Positions 17,301 through 26,833 of a DNA stretch of 34,900 nucleotides are shown one piece after another (the stretch's first letter is position 1; the number at the start of each line of letters is the position of its first letter). Position numbers and translations under genes: made by a program. The DNA lies in NCBI GenBank assembly GCA_043812975.1, contig JBDRLP010000003.1, forward strand, positions 1 to 34,900. The letters run 5' to 3'. The notes below the pieces were generated by a model. It was not told where the DNA came from. It did no database searches and saw only the letters and a list, made by a program, of their open reading frames with translations. Origin of the DNA: Candidatus Iainarchaeum sp. Its GTDB lineage: Archaea; Iainarchaeota; Iainarchaeia; Iainarchaeales; Iainarchaeaceae.

Positions 17301-17696
17301 CTAAATGCATTCTCCAGAGACGAGTACCATAACATTATCTCTAACTACCCCAGATGAAGTATCAACATTTGACACTATATTTACTTTTTGACCAGCAAAA
17401 CTATCAGAATTCCACTCATGCGAACAACTCATGTGTTCTAAACCTGTATGTATTTCTATTTCGACAGTACAGTTATTTACAGGAAAACCTACCCCTACTT
17501 GTTCACCATTTATTTCCAAAGTTGGATTTTTAAGGTCTTTTCCCACAGCATTAAATTTTATTGTTACAATATCTCTTACTGTAGATCCATCATTTGGGTT
17601 AGTGATGTTCACATAGGGTACTTCGTCTTTACTGGCTGCACTTAGAGTAGCCAAAGATATCATGAGTACAAGCACTAAAACTTGAAACTTATTCAC
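17301..17696 (-). CDS. secreted Ig-like domain protein
   Basis: Signal peptide; P.VNITNP.DGSTV..IVTI; WNS; GGTGA RBS. Confidence 0.7.
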   Translation of the reverse strand: MNKFQVLVLVLMISLATLSAASKDEVPYVNITNPNDGSTVRDIVTIKFNAVGKDLKNPTLEINGEQVGVGFPVNNCTVEIEIHTGLEHMSCSHEWNSDSFAGQKVNIVSNVDTSSGVVRDNVMVLVSGECI

Positions 17697-17814
17697 AATA
17701 TCACCTAATAGAGTATCCCAAAATTAGTGCTTTAAAAGGCATGAAATTGTTAGGCAAAAAACTAAAAATAGAAATTAAGCAATTAATTTTAAATTCTCTT
17801 TTAAATTCCAAGTA

Positions 17815-18252
17815 TTATTTCAGATTTTTTTCCATTATAATGAAACCATTTTTTTTATAGCCTTTTTTCTTGTAAAATCCGGTTGCACTTGATTTTAAGT
17901 GAGATTCGAAAAGTATTTTTGCAAATTTTTTTTTCACAAGTTTTTCTTCTAGTTTTTCAAGAAGCTTCATGCCATAGCCCCTGCCCTGACTCTCACCAAT
18001 AACCGCAAAATCAGTTATCCAGCATCTTTTTCCGTCAAAATAATCATAAGTCTCGCTAAGAAGCATACCTACAACCCGATTATTCTCAATACAAACTAAA
18101 CAATATTCAGGGGCACCTCTCCAGAGAGTTTTTACTCTGACAAACGCCTGCCTCTTTCCCCATTTTTCATTATAAGGTTTTTTAGAGAACTCGTCAACCA
18201 GTATTTCAACAACCCCATTGATGTCCGATTCCTTCATTTTCCTTATCTGCAT
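17815..18252 (-). CDS. GNAT N-acetyltransferase
   Basis: Start MQIRKM; PYNEKW, QGRGYG, FYKKKGY. Confidence 0.88.
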   Translation of the reverse strand: MQIRKMKESDINGVVEILVDEFSKKPYNEKWGKRQAFVRVKTLWRGAPEYCLVCIENNRVVGMLLSETYDYFDGKRCWITDFAVIGESQGRGYGMKLLEKLEEKLVKKKFAKILFESHLKSSATGFYKKKGYKKNGFIIMEKNLK

Positions 18253-18280
18253 TGCAACACCAGTGATTAGTTTAAATTTT

Positions 18281-19354
18281 TCAGGATAATGCCTCAATAA
18301 TTCGTTTTTTGAATTCAGGCAAATCTTTTTTCTTTATTCTTCCGGCAGCAGCAGGAATATGCCCGCCAGCACCAGCATTTTCAAAACCTTCAACTGCATT
18401 TTCCAAAAGTTCATTGGTTTTTACTTTAAAATCCTGCCTCCGAACAGAAAAAGAAACAAAATCCCCGCCTTTATCCTGAACAAAAATAATGGTTTTGTTA
18501 GGAAACATTTCATTACTAACTTTGTTTATTACCACTGATTTTATATTGGTTTGGGATTTGAATTCAAACCAAACAAGATTCTGTTCATCAAACAATTCTT
18601 TGTCGGAATTAAATTTTTTCATTATTTCATCAATCTGATTGTTTAAAGTTTCAACATAACCCGAAAATTTAGAATTAATAATTTCTTTTGGAGAAGAAAC
18701 ATTTGCATAAAAAAGTAAAAGTTCTCCAAGCTTCTCAGGAGCAAGAGTTTCTACAGCAGAAATTATAACAACAACACTAAAAAATTCCTCAATACTAGAA
18801 TTATTATTAGAAATAGCAATCTGAACAAAAGACCCCCACTGCTTTAATTGATTATCCCCCATTAAACCAACACTAGCAATCCAGGAATATTTTTTCAAAT
18901 TAACGTGCCTTGAAAATAAATCATAAACCAATTTAGAAGCCGAGTATTTACTTGAATCAAGATCATTAATGTTCTGTGCTTTTATTATAAATGTGTTTTT
19001 CAAACCTTCAGAACCATAATCTTTATGATGATCAATAACAAGTATTTCATCAACAATAGAATCAGCTTTTAGTAATGCTTCTTTATTTTGTTCAGCGGCA
19101 AAATCAACTATAATAAGTTTTTGGACTTTTTCTTTCTTTAATTTTTCAAGTGTTTCAGGAAGCAACTCCATTGTTTTGAATCTTTGAGTAATAAGCAAGG
19201 GATTATTTCCAGTGATTTGTTTTATTGCATTATAAGCTATTGCTCCTGCTGAAACACCATCAGCATCAAGATCATGAACTAAAGCTATTTTATCATCAGC
19301 AGAAAAGCCTTTCACTATTGAATCGAATTTTTCCAAATATTCTTCTTTTTCCAT
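18281..19354 (-). CDS. DHH/DHHA1 phosphoesterase (RecJ/NrnA-like)
   Basis: HDLDADG, IVDF, IDHH, S.R, GGH..AAAG; start re-called at MEKEEY. Confidence 0.9.
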   Translation of the reverse strand: MEKEEYLEKFDSIVKGFSADDKIALVHDLDADGVSAGAIAYNAIKQITGNNPLLITQRFKTMELLPETLEKLKKEKVQKLIIVDFAAEQNKEALLKADSIVDEILVIDHHKDYGSEGLKNTFIIKAQNINDLDSSKYSASKLVYDLFSRHVNLKKYSWIASVGLMGDNQLKQWGSFVQIAISNNNSSIEEFFSVVVIISAVETLAPEKLGELLLFYANVSSPKEIINSKFSGYVETLNNQIDEIMKKFNSDKELFDEQNLVWFEFKSQTNIKSVVINKVSNEMFPNKTIIFVQDKGGDFVSFSVRRQDFKVKTNELLENAVEGFENAGAGGHIPAAAGRIKKKDLPEFKKRIIEALS

Positions 19355-19408
19355 TAAAAAATGGTAAAGCAGAATAGCTTTAAATACCACTTCCCAGCTT
19401 ATTCTAGA

Positions 19409-19588
19409 ATGGGTTATAAACACACTAATAGCCAAGGTAAAAAATACTTTCTAAATTCAACAGTAGCTAAAAATGGGAGAACTCTCTTCTTTTTTAGCAA
19501 AGAACCAAAAAACCCTGTTGATTTGCCTGAAAACTACCTGATTATTGAAAGTCCACTTACAAAACTGCCTCTTCTGAAGAAGAAATAA
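19409..19588 (+). CDS. small basic protein (59 aa), function unknown
   Basis: MGYKHTNSQGKKYFL...FFFSK...DLPENY.I.ES..TKLPLLKKK; resembles a conserved small hypothetical family (from recall). Confidence 0.75.
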   Translation: MGYKHTNSQGKKYFLNSTVAKNGRTLFFFSKEPKNPVDLPENYLIIESPLTKLPLLKKK

Positions 19589-19646
19589 TTACAGATAAAA
19601 GGAATAGGCTATTAAGGATAATTCTACATTTTAGCTTTTGATAGAG

Positions 19647-21170
19647 ATGATTCCGATTGAAAAAGTAACAGAGATTAAAGAGGGACTTTTTAATGAAATA
19701 CAGAAGTTTTCCTCAAAAGAAAATCCAAAGTTAGCTGATTTTAGGTTAGAAGTTTCTAATGGGTTAGGGGCTGGAGCATTAAATGGGAACATTAAAGGTG
19801 CGAAAAAGGACTACAGTGCAGAAATCGGAGTAAGGGTTTTTGCAGGAAAAATTGTTGCAGGCGGATTTGCAGGAAAAAGCTTAGGTAAAAATGATTTTGA
19901 AAACACAAAACCAATTCTGAGAAAATTATTAGAAATTGCTTTGAAAAGAGCAAAAATTAATTCTATCCAAAAAGAAAAAGAAATGAAAAAACCAGAAGCA
20001 AGAGGAATTTATTCAACAGAATTTGCAGAAATACCAGTTCAGAAAAAAGAATGGACAAAAAAATTCAAAACAAATCCGCTGGATGCAAATCTTGAGGATT
20101 TTATTAAACGAAGCGAAGAACTTTCCAAAGAAATTTCAAAAATAAAAGGAGTTACAGCAAATAATATTGGAATTTATTCCGGAATAATCAAAAAATTATT
20201 TGCAAGCAGTGAAGGCTCTATGATAGAACAGACAAGAGCAATTACTGAACCTTCAATTTATGTTGCAACAAAAGGAAAAAATAGTGAAACTTATCACGAG
20301 TGGATTGCAGAAGCAAAAGGATTGGAAGCACTTGAAGGAGATAATTCTCATGGAAAAACTTTGGAAGAATTTGCTAATTTTATTGCAAATGGCACAGTTG
20401 AATTAAGCAATGCAAAAACTGCAAAGTTTGAAAAGAATGTTACAGTTGTTACTGATCCTTGGTTTAATACTTTACTAAGCCACGAGATCTGCGGGCATCC
20501 TCTTGAAGCTGACCGTGCTTTGAAACGAGAAACTAATTGGGCAGGAAGGGTATGGTGGTTCAAAAATAGTAAAGATAATCAAATTGGAAACAAAGTTGGT
20601 TCTGAAGAAATGACAATTGTTTCTGATCCGACAATTGAAGGTTATGGAAATTACTTGTTTGATGATGAAGGGGTTGAAGCAAAAAAAGTTGTTAATCTTG
20701 AGAAGGGTGTTTTGAAAGAATTTATGAATTCCAGGGAAACTGCACAAATTTTGGGAGAAATTCCTAACGGCCACATGAGGGCTTCAGGTGCTGATTTAAT
20801 GCCTTTGGTTAGAATGAGCAATACTTACTTTGAAAAAGGGTCTTGGAAAAAAGAAGAACTTATTGAGGAAACCAAAAAAGGATATTATATTGTAGGCCAG
20901 AAAACCCCTAGTATTGGCGAATCTAGGCAGAATTTTAACATTACCTGCTGGAAATGCTACAGGATTGAAAATGGAGAAATCAAGGAACTTTACAGAAATG
21001 TAGGAATAGAGGCAAATTCACATGAATTTTTCAACACAATAGAAGCTGCAGATGATATCAAAAGATTTAATGTTCCGAATTGCGGAAAAGGAACACCTAT
21101 GCAGGTTATGAAATTAGGGAATGGCGGACCGCATTTAAGAGGAATTGCTAACCTCACAGGAAAAAGGTGA
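19647..21170 (+). CDS. tldD: TldD metalloprotease (catalytic subunit)
   Basis: HEICGHPLEAD, DDEG, VRMSNTY, CGKG..Q; alternative TTG start at 19638. Confidence 0.9.
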   Translation: MIPIEKVTEIKEGLFNEIQKFSSKENPKLADFRLEVSNGLGAGALNGNIKGAKKDYSAEIGVRVFAGKIVAGGFAGKSLGKNDFENTKPILRKLLEIALKRAKINSIQKEKEMKKPEARGIYSTEFAEIPVQKKEWTKKFKTNPLDANLEDFIKRSEELSKEISKIKGVTANNIGIYSGIIKKLFASSEGSMIEQTRAITEPSIYVATKGKNSETYHEWIAEAKGLEALEGDNSHGKTLEEFANFIANGTVELSNAKTAKFEKNVTVVTDPWFNTLLSHEICGHPLEADRALKRETNWAGRVWWFKNSKDNQIGNKVGSEEMTIVSDPTIEGYGNYLFDDEGVEAKKVVNLEKGVLKEFMNSRETAQILGEIPNGHMRASGADLMPLVRMSNTYFEKGSWKKEELIEETKKGYYIVGQKTPSIGESRQNFNITCWKCYRIENGEIKELYRNVGIEANSHEFFNTIEAADDIKRFNVPNCGKGTPMQVMKLGNGGPHLRGIANLTGKR

Positions 21171-21174
21171 AAGC

Positions 21175-22617
21175 ATGATTGATTTTAGCGATATTAAAAA
21201 AACTGCAAAAGAACTTCTTGAGTTTGCTGAAAAGAAAGAAGGAGTTAAAGAAGTGGAAGCATATGTTTCGTGCAATTCACTTAATGTTTATAGAATTGTT
21301 TATCATTCAGGAATTCCAAGCAATGGTTTGGAAGAACCAAAAAGTGAAGAAAACTTTGGTTTAAGTTTGAGGATTCTTTTTAATGATGGGAAGTTTGGTT
21401 TTGGTTCATCAGATTCTGATTTGAGCAGGAAAGGTTTTGATGAAGCATTTGGAAAAGCAGTTGAGTCAAAAGTAAATGATACTGATTTTCATTCTTTGCC
21501 GGAACAGATGGGAAAAGCAGAGTTGCAGAATTATCATGATAAAAATATTATAAATTTGGATGAAGAAAAAGCAATTTCTAAAGCATATGAATTACTTGAT
21601 GGCGCATTTGATGCATTGAACAAAAAAAGTTTCAAACAGGATACTAACATTACTGGAGAAATGGATTTAATGTCCTCACGAATGTGTGTTACCAGTTCTA
21701 AAGGAATTTTTGGTTCTGATGAACACACAACAGCAATAGGAACACTAACCTCAAACCTTGAAGAAGAGGATATTTCTTCCGGAGCTTCTTATTCTTCCTC
21801 AACACACTTGGCAAATCTTGATTGTTTTAAGGTCGGTTCAGATTCTGTCGAAAAAGCACTTAATATGAGAAATCCTAAAGGAATTGAATCAGGAGAATAC
21901 AAAGTTGTACTGAGCAGGCAGGCAATTGCAGAATTATTTTACAGTCGTTTTGATCTTGCAATTTCATCAGTTGATTTCCACGCAAGCCCTTTTTCAGGAA
22001 ATACTGGAGAAAAAGTAGGAACAGAATTATTCAGTGTTGCTGAGGATCCTCATTTGGAAAACTTCACTGGTTCGAGAGCAATTACTGATGAAGGAATTCC
22101 AACCCAAAAAAACGAACTTGTTACAAACGGAATTCTGAATACTTATCAGTCAAATGATTATTACAATAAGAAAAAAGAAAAGTGGAAAAAACTGCTTCCG
22201 ATTAATGGTTTCAGGAGCAGTTCAGACAGAAGCTATTACTCAGATGTGGGAATTGGTTCCACAAACCTTGTTTTGGGCAAAGGAGATTATTCAGAACAGG
22301 AACTTATTGAGGAAGTTAAGGACGGAATTTATGTAGGAAGGCTATGGTATACTTACCCTGTGAATGGTTATTCAAACTTTGATTTTACATCAACAATCAG
22401 AGGAGACTCTTACATCATTAAAAATGGTAAAATAGAATCAGCTTTAACACCTAATACTGTAAGGGTTTTGGATAGTTTTGAGAGTTTTATGAATGGTATT
22501 ATTGCACTTGGAAAAGAATCCAAGCCAAGCCAAATTTGGGGGCAGGGTGCATTACTAGTTACTCCTGAACTAATTCTGGAAAAACTTAAACTGAAAAAAA
22601 TTTCTAAAGGACTTTAA
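21175..22617 (+). CDS. pmbA: PmbA/TldE partner subunit
   Basis: TDEG, NG.L, TNL..KG, TP; lacks HExxxH; AGGTGA RBS. Confidence 0.85.
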   Translation: MIDFSDIKKTAKELLEFAEKKEGVKEVEAYVSCNSLNVYRIVYHSGIPSNGLEEPKSEENFGLSLRILFNDGKFGFGSSDSDLSRKGFDEAFGKAVESKVNDTDFHSLPEQMGKAELQNYHDKNIINLDEEKAISKAYELLDGAFDALNKKSFKQDTNITGEMDLMSSRMCVTSSKGIFGSDEHTTAIGTLTSNLEEEDISSGASYSSSTHLANLDCFKVGSDSVEKALNMRNPKGIESGEYKVVLSRQAIAELFYSRFDLAISSVDFHASPFSGNTGEKVGTELFSVAEDPHLENFTGSRAITDEGIPTQKNELVTNGILNTYQSNDYYNKKKEKWKKLLPINGFRSSSDRSYYSDVGIGSTNLVLGKGDYSEQELIEEVKDGIYVGRLWYTYPVNGYSNFDFTSTIRGDSYIIKNGKIESALTPNTVRVLDSFESFMNGIIALGKESKPSQIWGQGALLVTPELILEKLKLKKISKGL

Positions 22618-22624
22618 CCAAATT

Positions 22625-23188
22625 TCAAATCATTTGAACTAGCAGTTTGTGCATAGCTGTTTCTTTTTCTGTTTCAAGGTGGAAGGTTCCAATTAGAACA
22701 TTTCCTTGTTTTACAAGAACTGGGTTTCCTTCAAAAGAAGCAAGTGTCTCGACTTTTTTTCCTTTCTTAATTATCTTTGGAGCACGTATGAAAACCCCGT
22801 TTAGTTTCCCGATTCCTTCAATATTAACCTCGGCTTCAAAAGAATCAACCTGTCTTCCATAAGCATTTCTCTTGATTTCAACATCAATTAATCCAAGTGG
22901 TTTGAATTCTTTTTCATTCAGAACTTTTTTTGCAAGAACAATTGCTCCTGCACAGGTTCCATAAACCGGCATTCCTTTCTTTGCCCTTTTTTTGATTTCT
23001 TTATCCAGACCAGAAATTGCAAGGAGTTTTCCTATAGTAGTTGATTCTCCACCTGGAATAATTAGGGCAGAACATTTTTTCAAATCAGTTTTGTTTCTAA
23101 CTTCAATTGAATTTATTTTCATTGATTCAAGAATTTGGGTATGCTCAAAAAAATCTCCTTGGAGCGCAAGAACGCCTATTGTTTTCAT
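22625..23188 (-). CDS. pdxT: PLP synthase glutaminase subunit
   Basis: GVLALQG, PGGEST, GTCAG, RNAYGRQ, FIRAP, FHLE. Confidence 0.95.
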   Translation of the reverse strand: MKTIGVLALQGDFFEHTQILESMKINSIEVRNKTDLKKCSALIIPGGESTTIGKLLAISGLDKEIKKRAKKGMPVYGTCAGAIVLAKKVLNEKEFKPLGLIDVEIKRNAYGRQVDSFEAEVNIEGIGKLNGVFIRAPKIIKKGKKVETLASFEGNPVLVKQGNVLIGTFHLETEKETAMHKLLVQMI

Positions 23189-23221
23189 AAAATAAAACCA
23201 CACGGACAAGATTAAAAATTA

Positions 23222-23242
23222 TTTGTCAACAATGTCGACAAA
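23222..23242. promoter_or_regulatory. 21-bp near-perfect palindrome next to the pdxT TATA box
   Basis: tttgtcaacaatgtcgacaaa. Confidence 0.45.
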
Positions 23243-23431
23243 ACAGACAACAAATACATATATTTACCTAATCCTTCTTACAATCAAAAAATGATTTTAT
23301 TATTTTAAGAGAAACAAGAAGAGAAGTTTTGGAAGAAGCAATTGATATAATAAAAATGGAAGGTAGATTAGAGTTCATCAAAAGAAGCATGAGCAGGTGT
23401 ATGAGAAGGTTGATGCAAAAAAAAGGATTAA

Positions 23432-23704
23432 TTAACGCCGATTAGGAAAAATAAAACTTAAATATTTGTCAATTATTTGTTTTCTTCTTGAAGGGTCTAA
23501 AGAAGCATTTTCTTCAAGGACAGTGTTTAATCTAAAAAAAGCAGTCCAAACCACCTGGTCTTCATAATTAGCATCGCTTCTAGTTTCAATCATTTTTTCA
23601 TGAATAATACGTTTAATTAATTCTTCTTCATCATTTGTTAAATGAAACTCAGAATTTTTTTTTCTCTTTCTACGCTTTCTATTTACGTTTTTATGAGCAG
23701 GCAT
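23432..23704 (-). CDS. orphan protein with Arg/Lys-rich N-terminus
   Basis: MPAHKNVNRKRRKRKK...; promoter motif shared with 16762..17220. Confidence 0.6.
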   Translation of the reverse strand: MPAHKNVNRKRRKRKKNSEFHLTNDEEELIKRIIHEKMIETRSDANYEDQVVWTAFFRLNTVLEENASLDPSRRKQIIDKYLSFIFPNRR

Positions 23705-23748
23705 TTTAACACTAAAAAGTAATGATTTAAGAGTATTTAACTATTTAT

Positions 23749-24666
23749 CTAAATATGGCGGTGTAGAATTGTTGTCCAAATATAAATGATTGTTGTTGTG
23801 ATTTTGCGTCCTATTATCTCGAGGTTGTAGGCTAGGATTTTGATTGTGGTTTCTTTTTGTTGGTTTTGGGGTTTGCGGGAGCAAACCCAGGAACCGAAGG
23901 GGCGTTTGATTGCTGACATGACTGATTCTACTAGTGCTCTGCGTTTGTATTTTATAATATCGGTTTTTTTAGCTTCAAGTGCACGCCTTGAGGGTGTGCC
24001 GAATTCTTGTGCTCTGGATTTTTTCCATTGTCTGTGCGGAATGATATGCTCTATTCCTTGCTCATCACAATAACTTCTGTTTGTGCGTGCATCATATCCT
24101 TTATCTGCCAACACGCATTTGAGCGAATGTTTGAGTTCTCGCACGAGTGGTATGAAGTCTAGGGTTTCGCTTGAATAATCCGAATGTGTCTTTAGCCCTA
24201 AAACCAGTTTTGTATCCAAATCGGCTATTAGCACTGTTTTAGTATAGTTTTTGACCTTTACTCCGTCAATGCGCTTGATGTAGTAGTGTGAAGGATTTGT
24301 ATTACTAAATCCTGTTCCGTCTATTCCAACAAGCATGCCCTTCAAATCTAAGAGTGAGTGGCATGCTCTCACCATTCTCTCCAAAAGACTCTTTGAGAGT
24401 CTTTGCATTGCTTTTTGCATCGTGGTAAAGTGTGGTATTCGTTTGATGCAGAGCATTCTCTGCAAACCAAACTCTGAAGCTAATGCTTCAAGCCTCCTGT
24501 AAGAAAGCTTAAGCCTCTGCTTCAAAACAAGCAAGAATATATGCACAAAATTGTTATACATCTTCTTGCTACGATAAAAATTGTGCATTGGCACTCTAGC
24601 CTGCGTGCAAGCACGCAAGCAAAGATTAAAAAACTTAGAATGTTCTATTGGTATTAAAGCCTTCAA
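23749..24666 (-). CDS. IS5-family DDE transposase
   Basis: IPHFTT, IDGTG, ADKGYD, YKRRALVESVMSAIKR; TTG start with GGTGA RBS. Confidence 0.93.
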   Translation of the reverse strand: MKALIPIEHSKFFNLCLRACTQARVPMHNFYRSKKMYNNFVHIFLLVLKQRLKLSYRRLEALASEFGLQRMLCIKRIPHFTTMQKAMQRLSKSLLERMVRACHSLLDLKGMLVGIDGTGFSNTNPSHYYIKRIDGVKVKNYTKTVLIADLDTKLVLGLKTHSDYSSETLDFIPLVRELKHSLKCVLADKGYDARTNRSYCDEQGIEHIIPHRQWKKSRAQEFGTPSRRALEAKKTDIIKYKRRALVESVMSAIKRPFGSWVCSRKPQNQQKETTIKILAYNLEIIGRKITTTIIYIWTTILHRHI

Positions 24667-24891
24667 GGTATCACCCGATAAATTGAAGGCCTTTCTCTTA
24701 TTTATAAATGATTTCTACAAAGCCTGTTGGTTGGGCTCTGTAGAAATGCTATTTGTTGGGGTTAGTTGGCTGTGTTTTTGAAGTGTGTTTTAAGAAAAAA
24801 CTTAGAAAACTATTAAAATTCAGAAAAATGCCCTATAAATCAAACAAAATTCACAATAAAAAATTCATTTATAAATGATTTCTACAAAGCC
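23757..24891 (-). mobile_element. IS5-family (IS903-group-like) element plus adjacent MITE, flanked by 9-bp TSD tctaaatat
   Basis: IRs GGCGGTGTAGAA (23757) and TTCTACAAAGCC (ending 24724 and 24891); TSD at 23748-23756 and 24892-24900. Confidence 0.9.
24734..24891. mobile_element. 158-bp MITE with IS903-like IRs
   Basis: GGCTCTGTAGAAAT...ATTTCTACAAAGCC; no coding capacity. Confidence 0.8.
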
Positions 24892-24998
24892 TCTAAATAT
24901 GGAACTGACAAAAGGAATTGAAGCAATTGACCTTGGATGAATCAATGAATTTGAAGTTTTAATTTGAAAGCACTTTCAAAATACGTTTTTTGAACTCG

Positions 24999-25061
24999 GG
25001 CAAATCCTTTTTCCTTATCCTACCCGCGGAAGCGGGGATATGCCCTCCCGCGCCCGCTTCC
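24999..25061. repeat. GC-rich palindromic element abutting the pdxS stop
   Basis: gggca/tgccc, tatcc/ggata, ccgc-ggaa-gcgg; alternative stem ggaagcggg/cccgcttcc. Confidence 0.55.
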
Positions 25062-25964
25062 TCAAAGCCCTCTTTCCTGGAGCCTTGTTTTTAGTTCTGA
25101 GATTTCGAGCCCTGGCATTGCTTCCCCCAAACCAGAGGAAATTTTAGCAAGGAGTTTTGCATCTTTATAATTAGTTGTTGCCTGAACAATCGCACACGCG
25201 AACTTCTCAGGATTTTTCGATTTGAAAATTCCTGAACCAACAAAAACACCATCAACACCTAACTGCATCATTAAAGATGCATCAGCAGGAGTCGCAATTC
25301 CGCCAGCAGCAAAGTTTACAATTGGCAGTCTTCCGAGTTTTACAGTTTTTTTCAATAACTCAACCGGAACTTTCATCAAATTTGCTTTTGTTTCAAACTT
25401 TTCCTGAGAAGCATGTTCAAAATCAGCTATTTCACTTTGGATTGTTTTAATGTGTCTTACTGCTTCAACAATATTTCCTGTTCCTGCTTCTCCTTTTGTT
25501 CTGATCATTGCAGCACCTTCATTAATTCTCCTCAGTGCCTCGCCTAAGTTTCTTGCTCCGCATACAAATGGCACATCAAATTTTGATTTATCAATATGCC
25601 CAAATGGATCAGCTGGGGTTAATACCTCTGATTCATCAATAAAGTCAACGCCTAATGATTCTAGGATTTGTGCTTCTGCAAAATGACCAATTCTCGTTTT
25701 TGCCATAACCGGAATAGAAACCGCTTTCATAATTTCCTTAACTTTTTTAGGATCAGCCATTCGGGCTACCCCTCCATCAGCCCTTATGTCAGAAGGAACT
25801 CTTTCCAAGGCCATTACTGCACATGCCCCTGCTTTTTCTGCTATTTTAGCCTGTTTTGCGTTCACAACGTCCATTATGACGCCGCCTTTAAGCATTTCAG
25901 CAAAACCTGTTTTGAGCTTCTTAGTGCCTTTTAGAACCTTTTTCTTAACTTTTTTTGAAACCAT
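25062..25964 (-). CDS. pdxS: PLP synthase lyase subunit
   Basis: [51 protein letters not shown]. Confidence 0.97.
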   Translation of the reverse strand: MVSKKVKKKVLKGTKKLKTGFAEMLKGGVIMDVVNAKQAKIAEKAGACAVMALERVPSDIRADGGVARMADPKKVKEIMKAVSIPVMAKTRIGHFAEAQILESLGVDFIDESEVLTPADPFGHIDKSKFDVPFVCGARNLGEALRRINEGAAMIRTKGEAGTGNIVEAVRHIKTIQSEIADFEHASQEKFETKANLMKVPVELLKKTVKLGRLPIVNFAAGGIATPADASLMMQLGVDGVFVGSGIFKSKNPEKFACAIVQATTNYKDAKLLAKISSGLGEAMPGLEISELKTRLQERGL

Positions 25965-26023
25965 TATAACCAATAAATTGTAACAAGAATAGTAATTAAA
26001 ACCTAACCAGCGGAAACAATACT

Positions 26024-26833
26024 ATGCTTTCAAAAGAAATAACGCAGGAATTAGAGCATTATCTCAAACAAGATATTGGAAAAGGCGATGTAACAACTAA
26101 AATTACTCCGCAAAAAAACTGCAACGCAATAATCAAGGCAAATGAAAACTGTATGATTGCAGGAATTGAAGAAGCAAGCTATTTGTTCAGATCAAGAGGT
26201 TTAAAGGTTAAAATACTGAAAAAAGATGGACAGAAAATTTGCAAAGGACAGAAAATCCTTATTGTAAATGGCAGCAACAAAAAGATTCTTACTCTTGAAA
26301 GAGTTTGTTTGAATATTCTTGGAAGAATGTCTGGAGTAGCAACTATTTCAGCAGAAGCAAAAAGCAAATCAAAAACTGTTTCATTAACAAGAAAAACTAT
26401 TCCTGTTTTTCAATTACTTGATAAAAAAGCAGGGGAAGTTGCCGGAATCTGGAGTCACAGAAAAAACCTGAATGAAATGATTCTTTTGAAAGAAAATCAT
26501 CTGAAGTTTTTTCCAGGAATAATTGAAGCAATTAAAAAAGCAAAAAAAACAGGAAAAAAAGTTGAAGTGGAAGTTGAAACTGAAACTGAGGCAATTGAGG
26601 CAGCATGGGCAAAGCCATATATTATAATGCTGGATAATTTTTCTCCGAAAAAAGCAAAAGCAACAATAAAACTCCTCAAGGGTTTAGGTTTTAATGGAAA
26701 AATAGAATTGAGTGGGGGAATTACCCTAAAAAACCTTTCAAAGTACAATAATTTAGGAGCAGATATTATTTCAATGGGAGAATTAACAAAAAACGCAAAA
26801 ATAATTGATTTTAGTTTGGATGTGAAAAAATGA
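26024..26833 (+). CDS. nadC: quinolinate phosphoribosyltransferase
   Basis: GDVTT, ER..LN, TRKT, HR, KENH, EVEVE, MLDN, SGG. Confidence 0.95.
   Translation: MLSKEITQELEHYLKQDIGKGDVTTKITPQKNCNAIIKANENCMIAGIEEASYLFRSRGLKVKILKKDGQKICKGQKILIVNGSNKKILTLERVCLNILGRMSGVATISAEAKSKSKTVSLTRKTIPVFQLLDKKAGEVAGIWSHRKNLNEMILLKENHLKFFPGIIEAIKKAKKTGKKVEVEVETETEAIEAAWAKPYIIMLDNFSPKKAKATIKLLKGLGFNGKIELSGGITLKNLSKYNNLGADIISMGELTKNAKIIDFSLDVKK

Noticed and set aside
23290..23431. Possible small + strand gene between pdxT and the orphan
   Set aside because: The coding-like frame lacks a proper upstream start; at most a remnant
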